Assembly (NCBI GenBank): GCA_040954595.2
Contig: CM082586.2
Location: 8,215,337 to 8,279,336 of the forward strand
Source of the DNA: Balanoglossus misakiensis
Taxonomy: Eukaryota > Animalia > Hemichordata
Length of the DNA: 64,000 nt
Direction of reading: 5' to 3'
The translations under genes and the position numbers were made by a program. The notes under the pieces were generated by a model. That model did not search any database. It saw only the letters and a program-made list of their open reading frames with translations, and was not told where the DNA came from. This document shows, piece after piece, positions 62,701 to 64,000 of this stretch (its first letter is position 1; each line of letters starts with the position of its first letter).

Positions 62701-64000
62701 TGTTTCTACATTTATGATAGATTAGCGTCGGTGGTAAAGGCTCTTAGCTTGACGAAATTACCATGGCAGGAACTGAAGATTTTCCCGGTAACTAAAGACT
62801 GTAGTCGATTTGTAGCATCGTCAATCGTGACATGTATTGCAGGCTACCCGTATGAAATGTTTCTTGTGTGTATGCCACAAAATTAGCAGAAAAATCATTA
62901 TAGATGACGGTATTCAACTTTCTGGATTTATGAGCAAATATAATCCACGAGCAGTCATCTACTATTAAACTGAGTAGCTGCTTAAAAACTTGCCTGTGGA
63001 AAATTGTTGTAAAGCATGAAATAAACTGTCTTTCAACGGAATACACAATGGGTATTTTGCCTCCAAAATACAATTGTGGTATTCTGTCGTATGGGACAAT
63101 ACTTCCATAAACGGGATTTTTATTGCTGTGTGTCTAATGTCTTTCGTGCCCACGCGGTTTGCACTGTGTCTAATGCATTACCGACCGTAACGAAGCCTGT
63201 CATATTGTATTTTGATTTCGGAAATACCCAAAATAATCACTCCAGCTGAATTCCATATGACAGAATACTTTGATGGGCCAAGTAACGAATCCCTTCATAA
63301 ATATTCGTGTAAATAGTTCAAAATTATCAAAGGAACACTTTTCCTAAACTCAAGCGACAGAGAGACTGTCAATCTTTTGATTGGATTAAAAGCGACAGAA
63401 GACTTAATGATGCCGGGATGGTCATCACCGTTTTCATCATGGCGGGATTAATTTCATAATGCTGACAGTAATGTAATTTACAGCCATACAAATACTGATG
63501 TTACCGCAAATTGAATAGAAATGCTTGGCGACCATTTTCTGCGTTTGTTGCTTAAATAAGCATACGGTGACCCTGGTGGCAAATCCTCTATAATTATGTT
63601 TGGCACTCGGCATGCAGACATTATGAGGTCAGATGCGATAGCTGAATGTAGTATGGCAAATGTTTACATGAAACCCGAGGATATATAAGAAGAGTCCCTA
63701 CGCACGAGTTGACGCTGTTCTAAATTATGAGTTACCCGAGTCCTGTCATCCCGGCGATAAAGTCGGTATTATACCCAGACAATTCTGGCTGCCTTAAATA
63801 GGTTTTTACTTTCTGCTAGGGGGTCAAATCGCATTATAATAATTGCATTCTGGGTAAAAAAAGTCGACAACTCACTGTAATAAGAGATGGAAGAAATTAA
63901 TGATATGTTTACTGTATTTTGTGACTTCATTTGGTCAAACATTTCTACCTTTGTAGTCGACATATTAAAGTTCGAATATCACTTTAGCTTAGGAACTCCA

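Noticed and set aside
1-64000. Prokaryotic systems (operons, CRISPR arrays), rRNA and tRNA genes
   Set aside because: The sequence is spliced eukaryotic DNA; I saw no repeat-spacer arrays, rRNA motifs or tRNA cloverleafs.

Overview
AT-rich, intron-containing animal DNA. The gene and repeat content suggests a marine invertebrate deuterostome such as a hemichordate or echinoderm; that assignment is inference only. (1) 1-22880: a ~14.4 kb tandem duplication carrying two intact 5-exon paralogues (CDS 833-6807, 1034 aa; CDS 15241-21350, 1024 aa). Their architecture is unusual: death effector domain (DED), basic NLS-like micro-exon, TRADD-N-like domain, coiled coil, B-box1/B-box2, coiled coil, filamin and a six-bladed NHL propeller, with no RING. 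The DED is almost identical between copies, while most NHL differences fall in the two loops forming one propeller face. This suggests a diversifying intracellular sensor linked to death/TRAF signalling, and is the main finding. (2) ~22880-33800: a dense mosaic of degraded transposon coding fragments (Harbinger-type Myb/SANT, piggyBac, Gypsy, Academ-like, Polinton polB, LINEs), mostly on the + strand; a candidate uni-strand piRNA cluster. (3) 43485-43730: first coding exon of a GABA-B-receptor-like class C GPCR. Its long first intron appears to run to the window end and holds a young 5'-truncated antisense LINE with a 13-bp TSD, several MITEs and a Penelope-type fragment with a degenerate hammerhead. 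Most short ORFs in the supplied track are spurious. All domain calls are by eye from motifs; no searches were run.
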